From contig CBDCSC010000002.1 of NCBI GenBank assembly GCA_965221335.1, forward strand, positions 25,076-89,075: 64,000 nt of DNA, given 5' to 3'. Positions 1-9,940 of this stretch are shown here, piece after piece. The DNA comes from Gammaproteobacteria bacterium. Its GTDB lineage: Bacteria; Pseudomonadota; Gammaproteobacteria; Eutrophobiales; Eutrophobiaceae. The notes below the pieces were generated by a model that had not been told where the DNA came from, ran no database searches, and saw only the letters and a program-made list of their open reading frames with translations. Position 1 is the first letter of the stretch; each line of letters begins with the position of its first letter. The translations under genes were made by a program, and so were the position numbers.

Positions 1-91
1 CCGGTCAACTGTGTCGGCCCGACACCGGCAATCTCGATCAGCTTATATCCGGATAAAGGGCCTTGGGCTTTGCTCGCAGACATCAGCGCAA

Positions 92-556
92 CTACCAGTA
101 GCGTAACAGGAAGGTGGCAATGGCAACCGGCTCATCCCGGCCGGCGACGTTGAAAGTGACATCATAATGCACGGTGATGGCCTCCTCTTTTTTCACCACC
201 CTGGCGATGCGAGTGGTGGCGGTCAGGCGCGCGCCGGCCACGATCGGCGCCAGCAGGCGGAACCGGTCCGCGCCGTAAAACAGCGCGTTGATCCTGCCAT
301 ACTCGAATGACTGGAAGAACAGGGTGGGAAACAGCGCGGGCAACATGAACAAAGGCGCAATCACGCCACCGAACCGCTCGTTGCAACGATCCTCATCCCA
401 GTGCACCCATTCCCGGTTATCGATGGCCGCGCAAAACGCCTGGATTCTGTTCTTATCGACCTCAAATGGCGAGGAGGTTGCGATAACCTCTCCCTCACGA
501 TCCATAAACCACTGAATATCATTGATGATCGTTTTTTTCGGCATGATTGTTGTCAT
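92..556 (-). CDS. MaoC-like (R)-specific enoyl-CoA hydratase / hotdog-fold dehydratase
   Basis: 154-aa ORF. Hotdog/MaoC-type pattern (…AIDNREWVHWDEDRCNERFGGVIAPLFML…). Size and motif spacing are typical of MaoC dehydratases. Confidence 0.6.
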   Translation of the reverse strand: MTTIMPKKTIINDIQWFMDREGEVIATSSPFEVDKNRIQAFCAAIDNREWVHWDEDRCNERFGGVIAPLFMLPALFPTLFFQSFEYGRINALFYGADRFRLLAPIVAGARLTATTRIARVVKKEEAITVHYDVTFNVAGRDEPVAIATFLLRYW

Positions 557-663
557 TTAATGTAGTTTGACTGTTGGGGCGCAGCGCCATGAACGTTGCC
601 AGTATAATGTTTGGCTGGAATTTATTCGCTATACTAATTCTAACACTACACAACACTCAGAAA

Positions 664-1641
664 ATGGCCAAGACTGCACAACTCAAGTCAAAAAACACCC
701 GCCACAGCGAACAGGAACAGAACGCAATCGAGATGGCGATACTGCAACGCATAGAAGCCGGCGAGATCTTCGAGGACATGGATGACCTCTCACCCAAATT
801 CCGGGCCATATTGAAAATGACCGCCGACCTGGCAGCGGTGAGCGAAGTATCGGTGCTGACCTGGGCATATACGGCTTACCGCACCGCGCCCGACATCGGC
901 GCCAAGATTGCGGTATGCGCGACGATTCTTGACGAAGTGGGTCACGCCTACCACCAGGGCCTGCTGGCGGAACGTTTCGGAGTCGATATGCACCAGCGGG
1001 CCTTTGAAGATGATGTCGAAACCATCTGGACCTGGCCGATCATGGAGGTGCCGCTACGGAATTATATCGAGTTCGTGGTCATGCAGGCGCTGCTGGATCG
1101 GGCCGGCCTGCACTGGACCAAGGACATCGAACTGCATTGCAGTTTTGCCCCTTACCGCAGGACCTTAAGAAAGGTCAATTTTGAGGAGGGGTTCCACATG
1201 CGCCACGGGGCTTTCTGGACCGAGTACTACTGGAACCACTCGGAGGAGACACGCGAATGGGTGCAAAAAGCGGTGGACTGGCTGTTCCCGTTTGGAGTCA
1301 TGTGGTTCGGCAAACCCGACGATCTCCGCAACCGGCCGGACATGCTGAAATACCGCGTGCGCGGCTGGGGCAATGATTTCATGCGTGATAAATGGCTGCA
1401 GTCCGCCAGCGCTTTCTGTGACAAGCTGGGCATAAAGATCCCGGCAAAATTCGACAGGGACAACAACAAATGGATCCTGGATATGCCGTACCCGATGTTG
1501 TACGACGCGGAGAACTATCAATGGTCCTGGGAACAGTGCTCCCAGAAGGAATACTGGTCCCACTCCCGCCAGGGCGGGCCGATGCGTCCGAGCGCCTATG
1601 ATCGGTTGCGCCGCGAGGAATGGGGGCAAGCCCTGTGGTAG
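664..1641 (+). CDS. PaaA-like di-iron acyl-CoA oxygenase, catalytic subunit (ferritin-like)
   Basis: Two EX2H di-iron motifs (DEVGHAYH, EEGFHMRHG) with the spacing and flanking similarity of 1,2-phenylacetyl-CoA epoxidase PaaA. The ATG at 664 gives ~326 aa; the ORF track extends in-frame to 574. Confidence 0.7.
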   Translation: MAKTAQLKSKNTRHSEQEQNAIEMAILQRIEAGEIFEDMDDLSPKFRAILKMTADLAAVSEVSVLTWAYTAYRTAPDIGAKIAVCATILDEVGHAYHQGLLAERFGVDMHQRAFEDDVETIWTWPIMEVPLRNYIEFVVMQALLDRAGLHWTKDIELHCSFAPYRRTLRKVNFEEGFHMRHGAFWTEYYWNHSEETREWVQKAVDWLFPFGVMWFGKPDDLRNRPDMLKYRVRGWGNDFMRDKWLQSASAFCDKLGIKIPAKFDRDNNKWILDMPYPMLYDAENYQWSWEQCSQKEYWSHSRQGGPMRPSAYDRLRREEWGQALW

Positions 1642-1952
1642 CCACCACAGAAGCGGTGCGCGCCGCCGCGGGCCGGGTACTCGACCCCCATATCAACGTC
1701 AACCTTAATGAGATGGGGATGGTCAGCGATATTTCCATCGGGAAACACGGGGATGTGGAAGTGTCGATTGTCTTTCCCTGCCTGGGTTGCCCCGCGTATA
1801 CCATGTTGAAGGAACAGGTACGCCATCAGGTATCCAGGGTGGACGGCGTCAAATCCGTTCGGGTCAAAGCTGACTGGGAAGGTCGCTGGGACCGGTCGCA
1901 GATGTCAGCGCGCGCCAGGCAGTACGCGCAAGAACACGGTTATCGTATCTGA
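1620..1952 (+). CDS. DUF59/MIP18-type domain protein (PaaD N-terminal domain-like)
   Basis: 110-aa ORF. The conserved …FPCLGCPAY… pattern matches the DUF59 Fe-S assembly-like domain found at the N-terminus of PaaD. Overlaps the end of the PaaA-like gene. Ends at an in-frame TGA just before the PaaB-like ORF. Confidence 0.55.
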   Translation: MGASPVVATTEAVRAAAGRVLDPHINVNLNEMGMVSDISIGKHGDVEVSIVFPCLGCPAYTMLKEQVRHQVSRVDGVKSVRVKADWEGRWDRSQMSARARQYAQEHGYRI

Positions 1953-1967
1953 CCAGGCGCTTCAATC

Positions 1968-2207
1968 ATGACCCAAGGCGCCGAACAAACAGGCAGCAAC
2001 ATGACGTTTGAAGTATTCGGACGCGATCAACTGGAACGGCCGCTGTCGCATATTGGCAGTATCCAGGCGCCAAACCAGGACCTCGCGGTAGCCCGAGCCC
2101 GTTTCATGTATTCCGAGCGCCAATGGGTCGAGCTGTGTGTCGCGCCCTCTGACTCATTCGTTGCCTGCCTGTCACCGGTCAGGCGCGGCAGCATCGGCAT
2201 GGCCTGA
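1968..2207 (+). CDS. PaaB-like oxygenase subunit
   Basis: The …FEVFGRDQLERPLSHIGS…ARARFMYSERQWVELCV… region is clearly alignable with PaaB (YEVFVRSKQGLSHRHVGS…ARDAYTRR…WVV). An alternative start is at 2001 (MTFEVF). It lies in the same frame as the upstream DUF59 ORF. Confidence 0.6.
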   Translation: MTQGAEQTGSNMTFEVFGRDQLERPLSHIGSIQAPNQDLAVARARFMYSERQWVELCVAPSDSFVACLSPVRRGSIGMA

Positions 2208-2419
2208 TGCGCATGACAAACCCGGCAAACCGCCAGAATGGCAACAACGGCGCCCCAACGGAGCAACCTGCGCGTGAAGTTCTGTGCCCATGGTGTGAAT
2301 CGCCAAACACCCGGTTGGTCAGTCTTTACGGTCCCAGCGTCGCGGAGATGTTGTACCAATGCGAAGACTGCCAGGACAGCTTCGGCTGGTTGAAGTGGGA
2401 GCAGCGACTGCCAGAATAA
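2207..2419 (+). CDS. Zinc-ribbon protein resembling the PaaD C-terminal 4-Cys domain
   Basis: 70 aa with CPWC…x…CEDC, like the C-terminal Zn-ribbon of PaaD. The start overlaps the PaaB stop (TGATG), suggesting translational coupling. Confidence 0.5.
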   Translation: MRMTNPANRQNGNNGAPTEQPAREVLCPWCESPNTRLVSLYGPSVAEMLYQCEDCQDSFGWLKWEQRLPE

Positions 2420-2433
2420 CACGGCAACTGACA

Positions 2434-3315
2434 ATGCAACTGAACGACAAGATAAAGCTCCTGTTGCAGGCGGAACTGCTGTGCATCGCCGACAGCAACT
2501 GGATCCTGGGACACTGGTACATCAACTGCATGCTGAACGGCCGCGAGCTGACCGATTTTACGTCTATGGCCGGTATCGCCGAAGAGAAGCTGGGGCATAC
2601 GCGGGCATTGTTCAGGTTTCTTGAAGAATATTACGATCTGCCCGAGTTCCAGCTTGAATTCGGCCGTGACGCTGATCGGGTTCACAGCCCGGAATTTCTC
2701 GACCTGCCCCCGGAAAACTGGGCCGACTTCATCACTACCCTGTTCCTGGCCGACCTCGCGTTATGGCGTTTTTCCGCGACTTTCATGGACGGTACTTTTA
2801 CCCCTATTGCCAACCTCACCAGGCGTTTCGGCGAAGAATGCTATTTTCACCAACTGTGTATCGACGGCTGGATGAAAAATTTTACCGCAACCGAAAAAAC
2901 CGAAGCGGGTCAATCCCTGGTGAAGCGCTTGCCCCAGGTACTGGCCTGGTTCGGCTCCGAACCGCAATCCTCTGCTGATGTATTGCTTGAACAGGGTTTG
3001 CGAACGGAATCCACCTGGTCTGCCAGGTCGAAGTTGCTGGATGACATCACCGGAAAACTGGCTCCGCACACAGGGATATCAAGCGCACAGATCGACAGCA
3101 TCGCCGCCCAAGCCTTGCCGGAAAACCGTGACCCCCTGCGCCGGCGCCAACTGGGCAGCAAAATCCCGTACAGGTTATGGGAGAGCGTGAACCCGACCAG
3201 TGAAGCCGCACAAATCGCCCGTCGCCCCCTGGCCGTCAGTGTGAAGGATAATATAGACCTGTTTCAGACAACAAAGAAAGACGACACCGAACCAGTGTTT
3301 GAAGCCAAGGGTTAA
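2434..3315 (+). CDS. PaaC-like oxygenase structural subunit (ferritin-like, non-catalytic)
   Basis: Length (~293 aa from the ATG at 2434) and sequence pattern resemble PaaC. It follows the A/B/D-like genes. The ORF track extends to 2359. Confidence 0.55.
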   Translation: MQLNDKIKLLLQAELLCIADSNWILGHWYINCMLNGRELTDFTSMAGIAEEKLGHTRALFRFLEEYYDLPEFQLEFGRDADRVHSPEFLDLPPENWADFITTLFLADLALWRFSATFMDGTFTPIANLTRRFGEECYFHQLCIDGWMKNFTATEKTEAGQSLVKRLPQVLAWFGSEPQSSADVLLEQGLRTESTWSARSKLLDDITGKLAPHTGISSAQIDSIAAQALPENRDPLRRRQLGSKIPYRLWESVNPTSEAAQIARRPLAVSVKDNIDLFQTTKKDDTEPVFEAKG

Positions 3316-3317
3316 GC

Positions 3318-3590
3318 TGGCTGAAAAGCGGGAGTCCGGTCAAATATCGTGTCGCCCGAAGGGCGACCCCTTGTCTACTGGATTCCCGTTTGCACGGGAA
3401 TGGGATGGAGGTGATACTGTGCGCCCCACCACCGTACCACTCCCTCAGGATGGGGCGATACTGTGCGCCCCGCCACCGTACCACTCCCGCGAAAGCGGGA
3501 GTCCAGTCGAATACTGTGTCGCCCGCAGGGCGACTCCTTATCCCTCTGGATTCCCGTTTCCATGGGAATGGTATCAGATTATGCCAGGCT
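3318..3590. repeat. Composite REP/MITE-like element (A1-B1-B2-A2)
   Basis: Two ~85-bp units (3323-3407 and 3489-3574, ~85% identical). Each has perfect hairpins GTCGCCCgaagGGCGAC and CCCGTTTgcaCGGG. The units flank two 32-bp direct repeats (GATACTGTGCGCCCCrCCACCGTACCACTCCC). A reverse-complement copy of the unit lies at 50805-50880. ORFs called inside it are spurious. Confidence 0.8.
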
Positions 3591-3939
3591 AATTGTCCGC
3601 GATGCGCAGAGTAATTCCATCCAACTCTTCAGTAACCCGTATCTGGCAGGCAAGGCGGCTGTTGCCGGCGCGCCCTGATAATGCGCACAGCATGGCCTCC
3701 TCCAAATCCTCAATCGCCGGTATTCTTTCCAACCAGTCTGCTTCGATATAGGAATGGCAGGTGCCGCAGGCCGCGGCGCCGCCGCATTCCGCCAGCATCC
3801 CTTTGAGTTGGTGGTTGAAAGCTCCCTCCATCAGGGAATAACCGGCTTCAACCTCTATCTCTCGCCGGTTATTATCGGCGTCGATGTAAATTACAACAGG
3901 CATATCGTTAAAGAAAATAATCAGGCCATTGACAGCCAT
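3589..3939 (-). CDS. 2Fe-2S ferredoxin (adrenodoxin/putidaredoxin type)
   Basis: 116 aa with CGGAAACGTCH…C spacing typical of vertebrate-type [2Fe-2S] ferredoxins. Confidence 0.75.
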   Translation of the reverse strand: MAVNGLIIFFNDMPVVIYIDADNNRREIEVEAGYSLMEGAFNHQLKGMLAECGGAAACGTCHSYIEADWLERIPAIEDLEEAMLCALSGRAGNSRLACQIRVTEELDGITLRIADN

Positions 3940-4027
3940 GCTCCTCTTTCTATAGTAAACTAATTGCTTTGCCGGTTCCCTGATTTATGCAGCCGGATAG
4001 TTTTCGACCCCGTAGCGGACATACGGT

Positions 4028-5665
4028 ATGAACACAGAACATATATATGAAGCCGGCCTGGGCAAAAACCAGGCCAATTATACGCCTTTGTCCCCGCTGA
4101 CCTTCATTGAGCGCGCGGCTTATGTTTATCCTGATTATACGTCCGTCGTGCATGGCGACCTGCGCTTCACCTGGGCCGAGACCTATACCCGCTGCCGGCG
4201 CCTGGCATCGGCCCTGCGCAACAGGGGCATAGGCAAAAACGATACGGTGTCGGTCATGCTGCCGAACATACCGGCCATGTACGAAGCCCATTTCGGCGTG
4301 GGCATGGCCGGCGCGGTGCTGAATGCGCTTAACTACCGGCTGGACGCGGACGCGATCGCCTTCATGCTGGACCATGGCGAGGCCAGGGTATTGATTACCG
4401 ACCGGGAGTTCTCCGCCGTCATCAAGGAAGCCATTGCCAGAACAAAGTGCGACCTGATCGTGATCGATGTTGATGACCCCGCTTACGAGGGTGGCGAACT
4501 GCTCGGTGAAACCGACTACGAGTCCTTCCTGCAGGAGGGCAACCCGGAGTTTGACTGGAACCTGCCGGCGGACGAATGGGATGCGATTGCATTATGTTAC
4601 ACCTCCGGCACCACGGGCAATCCCAAGGGGGTGGTGACCCATCATCGCGGCGCCTACCTGAACGCCATTTCCAACCTCATGGTGTGGGGGATGACCGGCC
4701 ACCCCGTGTACCTGTGGACCCTGCCCATGTTCCATTGCAACGGCTGGTGTTTTCCCTGGGGCATCGCGGCCACGGCCGGCATCAACATCTGTCTCCGGTC
4801 AGTCCGGGCCGATGCCATTTTCTCCCTCATCAAGCAAGAACAAGTCGATCACCTGTGCGGCGCCCCTATCGTGCTCAACCTGCTCGGCAACGCGCCCGCC
4901 GAATTGAAACAGGGAATAAACCACCAGGTGAAGGTGATGACCGCAGCGTCGGCGCCGCCGCCCGCGGTGCTGCAGGCCATGGAAGAAATGAACTTCCCAG
5001 TTACCCACGTGTACGGCCTGACCGAAGTCTACGGCCCGGCGGTCGTTTGCGCCTGGCGTGACGAATGGAACGATCTGCCTATAGAAAAGCAGGCTGAAAT
5101 CAAGGCAAGACAAGGTGTGCGCTACCCGCTGCAGGAAGCCGTGATGGTGGCAAACGCGGAAACACTGGAACCGGTGCCAAAAGACGGCGAGACGGTCGGA
5201 GAGATATTCCAACGCGGCAACATCGTGATGAAGGGCTACCTGAAAAACCCCAAGGCAACAGAAGAGTCATTCAAAGGGGGCTGGTTCCACAGCGGCGACC
5301 TGGCCGTCTGGCATGAAGACGGCTACGTGGAAATCAAGGACCGTTCAAAAGACATCATCATTTCAGGCGGCGAGAACATCTCCAGTATCGAGGTGGAAAA
5401 TACGCTGTATCGTCATCCGGCCATCCTGGAAGCTGCGGTCGTCGCCAGGCCCGATGAGAAATGGGGCGAAACCCCTTGCGCGTTTGTGACCCTGAAGGAC
5501 GGGGAAACGCTTTCCGAAGAAGAGGTATTGGCATTCTGCCGCGCCAACATGGCCCGTTTCAAGGTACCAAAAACAGTTGTCTTCGGCCCGTTGCCCAAGA
5601 CTTCCACCGGCAAAATCCAGAAATTCATCCTGCGCGCCAAGGCGAATGAATTGGGGTCCGAATGA
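4028..5665 (+). CDS. Short/medium-chain acyl-CoA synthetase (AMP-forming), AAE7/ACN1-like
   Basis: 545 aa with the YTSGTTGNPKGV AMP-binding motif. It is alignable along its whole length with the acetate/butyrate-CoA ligase AAE7 family (PNIPAMYEAHFGVPMAGAVLN…WTLPMFHCNGWCFPW…GGENISSVEVEN…). Confidence 0.85.
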   Translation: MNTEHIYEAGLGKNQANYTPLSPLTFIERAAYVYPDYTSVVHGDLRFTWAETYTRCRRLASALRNRGIGKNDTVSVMLPNIPAMYEAHFGVGMAGAVLNALNYRLDADAIAFMLDHGEARVLITDREFSAVIKEAIARTKCDLIVIDVDDPAYEGGELLGETDYESFLQEGNPEFDWNLPADEWDAIALCYTSGTTGNPKGVVTHHRGAYLNAISNLMVWGMTGHPVYLWTLPMFHCNGWCFPWGIAATAGINICLRSVRADAIFSLIKQEQVDHLCGAPIVLNLLGNAPAELKQGINHQVKVMTAASAPPPAVLQAMEEMNFPVTHVYGLTEVYGPAVVCAWRDEWNDLPIEKQAEIKARQGVRYPLQEAVMVANAETLEPVPKDGETVGEIFQRGNIVMKGYLKNPKATEESFKGGWFHSGDLAVWHEDGYVEIKDRSKDIIISGGENISSIEVENTLYRHPAILEAAVVARPDEKWGETPCAFVTLKDGETLSEEEVLAFCRANMARFKVPKTVVFGPLPKTSTGKIQKFILRAKANELGSE

Positions 5666-6144
5666 GCGCCTTCCACGTCACCACCCATGAATTGATGGAG
5701 ATCCTGTCAACCTGCAAGCGGGTTGCCCTGGTGGGCCTGTCGAACGACCCGATGCGGCCCAGTTACTTCGCCGGCAAGTACTTGCAGGAACATGGTTTTG
5801 ACATTGTGCCGGTAAATCCCAACTACCGGGAAATCCTGGGAGAGACCTGCTATCCCGATCTGCTGTCCATACCGGGAAAAGTGGATGTGGTCGATCTGTT
5901 TCAAAAACCAGACCGCGTCATGCCGTTCGTACGCCAGGCCATCGACATCGGCGCGCGCGTGGTGTGGATGCAACTCACCATCGTCAACGAAGAAGCCGCG
6001 GAGTTGGCGCGCAGCGCCGGCTTGAAAGTAGTCATGGACCGTTGCATGAAGATTGAATATGCCCGCTTGTACGGTGGATTGAACTACGCCGGCGTTAACA
6101 CCCGGGTGATCTCGGCCAAGCGCCCCCTTTTCGTAAACCGGTAA
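5662..6144 (+). CDS. CoA-binding domain protein (YccU/YneT family)
   Basis: 160 aa with the CoA_binding_2 pattern (VALVGLSNDPMRPSYFAGKYLQEHGFDIVPVNP). Start overlaps the ligase stop by ATGA. Confidence 0.7.
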   Translation: MSAFHVTTHELMEILSTCKRVALVGLSNDPMRPSYFAGKYLQEHGFDIVPVNPNYREILGETCYPDLLSIPGKVDVVDLFQKPDRVMPFVRQAIDIGARVVWMQLTIVNEEAAELARSAGLKVVMDRCMKIEYARLYGGLNYAGVNTRVISAKRPLFVNR

Positions 6145-6284
6145 TTTTGCCCCAGGGGATATCCAGATCAAGGAATTATCCGCAGATGGCGCATATACGC
6201 TTGAAAGCAGCCAGACAGCTACCGCTCTTTTGACACTCGCATTACATGTTTCAATATCCTATATATCCTGTACATCCATGTTAA

Positions 6285-7580
<1,296 letters not shown>

Positions 7581-7698
7581 GCAAGCGCCTAAGTCAGGCC
7601 GCACTCGCGAGCGCGCTTGTGTGCCAACATTATAAGCTCAGTTCAGAAGTAGCGCGCATCGACCCCAGGAGTCTCAATGCATAATCAACAATGACTTG

Positions 7699-7905
7699 TC
7701 AGAAACAGTCAAACAGTTTAAGGGGTATAGGCTGTAAACGTGGGGGGTTGGGTTTTTCCTGTTCCAGTGCCTGCAAGTGCGATACCCTGTCGAGAAATTC
7801 AACTATCCGTTGCCATTCTCTTACCTGGTCCATATCCACATTCGCGTTGTTGCTCGCAGCGGCTTCCACTTCCTTCTCAAAACGATTTTTCTGAACTGTA
7901 TTCAT
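7699..7905 (-). CDS. Small hypothetical protein (68 aa) downstream of SDH protease
   Basis: ORF overlaps the 3' end of the protease gene by 4 nt. AT-rich context. No recognisable domain. Confidence 0.35.
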   Translation of the reverse strand: MNTVQKNRFEKEVEAAASNNANVDMDQVREWQRIVEFLDRVSHLQALEQEKPNPPRLQPIPLKLFDCF

Positions 7906-8756
7906 ATAAAATTCTTACTGTGCACAAACGAAGGCGATTGAACACTATTAGTATACTCTACCAGAGACCAAAAATATCCCCATATTGCTTTCCTCAATAC
8001 TGTGTCAGTTCCATAATCTTCGATCTTCAAGCCAAGATCCTGCTCTAACGTATCTTTATGAATCCCTGAGCCATGAGTATACCATTTTCGGTGGTCGTTC
8101 AACGCTTCGGCAATTTCTTCCGCCCTGTTCTTTTTTGTGTCTTCAGGCTTCTCCCAACTCTTGAATTTATATTTTGTCAACCAATCCTTTATCAGGGAAA
8201 CAGAAAGATTCGCGGCTAATTCAAACTGGTGCAATTGTGCCAAATCCAATTTGTTCAGAAGGACAAATTCAGCAGATGAGAGTTCTCCATTTTTCGATTT
8301 CTCTATCAACCTCTCATATTGACGCTGATATGAAAGCGCTGGAACCATACCATTATGAGTACGCACTTGGGGATCAATAGGGCCCAGTCTGGAAAAATAA
8401 TCCATGTATATTTCATCTCCTGATAAAACAAGCACAGTGCCGGCAGACATAGCGCAAACGGGCACGAGGAAATGTACCTCATCATAATGGTGTCTCAAAA
8501 TCTGTACGATATTACGCACCTCCTCGACTATGCCACCATTTGTATGCAGGATAACCAATAGCGTTTCTTTGCGATTGTCCAAAGACTCTACTGCCATTCG
8601 CACCCGGATATCAATATCAGGGACAATGTCACCGTAAATTGTCAAAATGTCTTTTTTCGTATGTTTTTCTATATCAATTAATTTTGAATGTAGCCACTCG
8701 CGTGTTACATCGTGTAATGAGAAGTTGGGGCGGATAGTATCTGATTCCAAAGGCAT
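7902..8756 (-). CDS. SDH-family (ClpP-like) serine protease, PF01972-type
   Basis: 284 aa. The motif ILHTNGG…VPVCAMSAGTVLVLSGDEIYM…LGPIDPQ matches the serine-dehydrogenase-proteinase/ClpP-like family. Low-GC region. Confidence 0.7.
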   Translation of the reverse strand: MPLESDTIRPNFSLHDVTREWLHSKLIDIEKHTKKDILTIYGDIVPDIDIRVRMAVESLDNRKETLLVILHTNGGIVEEVRNIVQILRHHYDEVHFLVPVCAMSAGTVLVLSGDEIYMDYFSRLGPIDPQVRTHNGMVPALSYQRQYERLIEKSKNGELSSAEFVLLNKLDLAQLHQFELAANLSVSLIKDWLTKYKFKSWEKPEDTKKNRAEEIAEALNDHRKWYTHGSGIHKDTLEQDLGLKIEDYGTDTVLRKAIWGYFWSLVEYTNSVQSPSFVHSKNFI

Positions 8757-8991
8757 GTTTCTTTTCTTATTTGATAAGTAATTTGCTGAATATGTCTATA
8801 TATATTGGCCGTCATAGCCAGCCGATACGTTTCACATGACCATCTCCATTATTTTGTGCCACAAACAATTTATGCAACCGATTATATCCGGGCAAGACAG
8901 CCTGTTCCAGTTCTGAAAAACGCTATTCTGTTTTATCAAGCTTATTTATGAAAACTTATCAATGCTGCGCCCAACGTTATCAAGTTAAGCG

Positions 8992-9699
8992 CTATATGAT
9001 TAATTCACCACCTCCGTACCAACGCTTCGCAAAATCCCGGAGCAACTGCTTAATTTTTTGATCAGGATTAACAATAAAGAATGTTCGATTACTCCAGCGC
9101 CTCCAATAATATGCATAGGAGCAACCCGGTAATTGAGACATCCAAGATTGAATTTCTTTGTAGTGGCCTCCTGGTTTCCGGGTGTTGTGATGATAAAAAA
9201 TAGCAGTGCGACCTTCGGCTAACGCAATCGCTTCAGCAAGTGGTATCGACTTAGCGCTCCTCTTTTGAGTGGGCTTAAATTTCTCGTCAGGATAAAATCC
9301 GTTGTCAGGGTCAGCAAAGACCAGGTCACAATCAGTCAGTACGTCTCGGACTTGTTCAAACCATTGATGCCGCCAGTGCTTTCGGTCACGTACACTGATA
9401 CCCTTAATATCGAGAGGCTCTTTTGCAAAGACAGAATTTCCTAAAATGCCAGACTTTTCCACACGATCGACAGATAGAATGCCTCTGCTGCGAAAGCTCT
9501 TCAATTGATCGAAGAGGTCACGGTCGAAGTTCCGGAATTCCTCAGGTCTTTTAAGGTATTCCGTATGCTTTCCATCTCCAGAAGGTCCGGCGTCAGGATG
9601 CAGGTACCATGCAATTCCTAATTTCTTTCCTTTGCTGATTGCACGCAACAGCCCATATTTGACGAAATCGCCAATGTCTCCTGTGTATCTATTTTGCAT
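8992..9699 (-). CDS. Hypothetical protein (235 aa), uncharacterised, with DPDNG acidic motif
   Basis: Codon-consistent ORF upstream of, and co-oriented with, the SDH protease. No family recognised. Conserved-looking GDIGDFVKYGLL and LVFADPDNG segments. Confidence 0.5.
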   Translation of the reverse strand: MQNRYTGDIGDFVKYGLLRAISKGKKLGIAWYLHPDAGPSGDGKHTEYLKRPEEFRNFDRDLFDQLKSFRSRGILSVDRVEKSGILGNSVFAKEPLDIKGISVRDRKHWRHQWFEQVRDVLTDCDLVFADPDNGFYPDEKFKPTQKRSAKSIPLAEAIALAEGRTAIFYHHNTRKPGGHYKEIQSWMSQLPGCSYAYYWRRWSNRTFFIVNPDQKIKQLLRDFAKRWYGGGELII

Positions 9700-9940
9700 T
9701 GTAATATCTCCTAATCACTCATCGCCTTCCCGTTAATTCTTCATGAGGAGGAAGCGAGAAAAGGCTGAGAGTATTGTATTTTGTAAGCCGCGTTCCTTTC
9801 TATAACGAAATACAATAGAATCGCTTCATCAGCCTGCAATGATATTATCAACCAATTTGCCTTAAAAGCCGCGCATGTTTCTTTATGATAGCCTTGGATC
9901 GGGTGTGCTGGTTCTTAGGTCTGACAATTCCTGAACGAGC

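Noticed and set aside
3299-3678. Several 60-100-aa ORFs on both strands (3299-3592, 3390-3614, 3463-3678, 3236-3484, 3375-3563).
   Set aside because: They lie entirely within the REP/MITE-like repeat array. Their repetitive, low-complexity translations and mutual overlap indicate non-coding repeat DNA.
3950-4375. 141-aa minus-strand ORF between the ferredoxin and the ligase.
   Set aside because: Most of it is antisense to the 5' end of the ligase gene. His/Arg-rich, no motif. The 3940-4027 region is more plausibly the divergent promoter region.
4576-5061. 161-aa Pro/Arg/Gly-rich ORF inside the acyl-CoA ligase gene in another frame.
   Set aside because: Typical high-GC alternate-frame artefact. 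The ligase frame has a full-length, well-conserved product.
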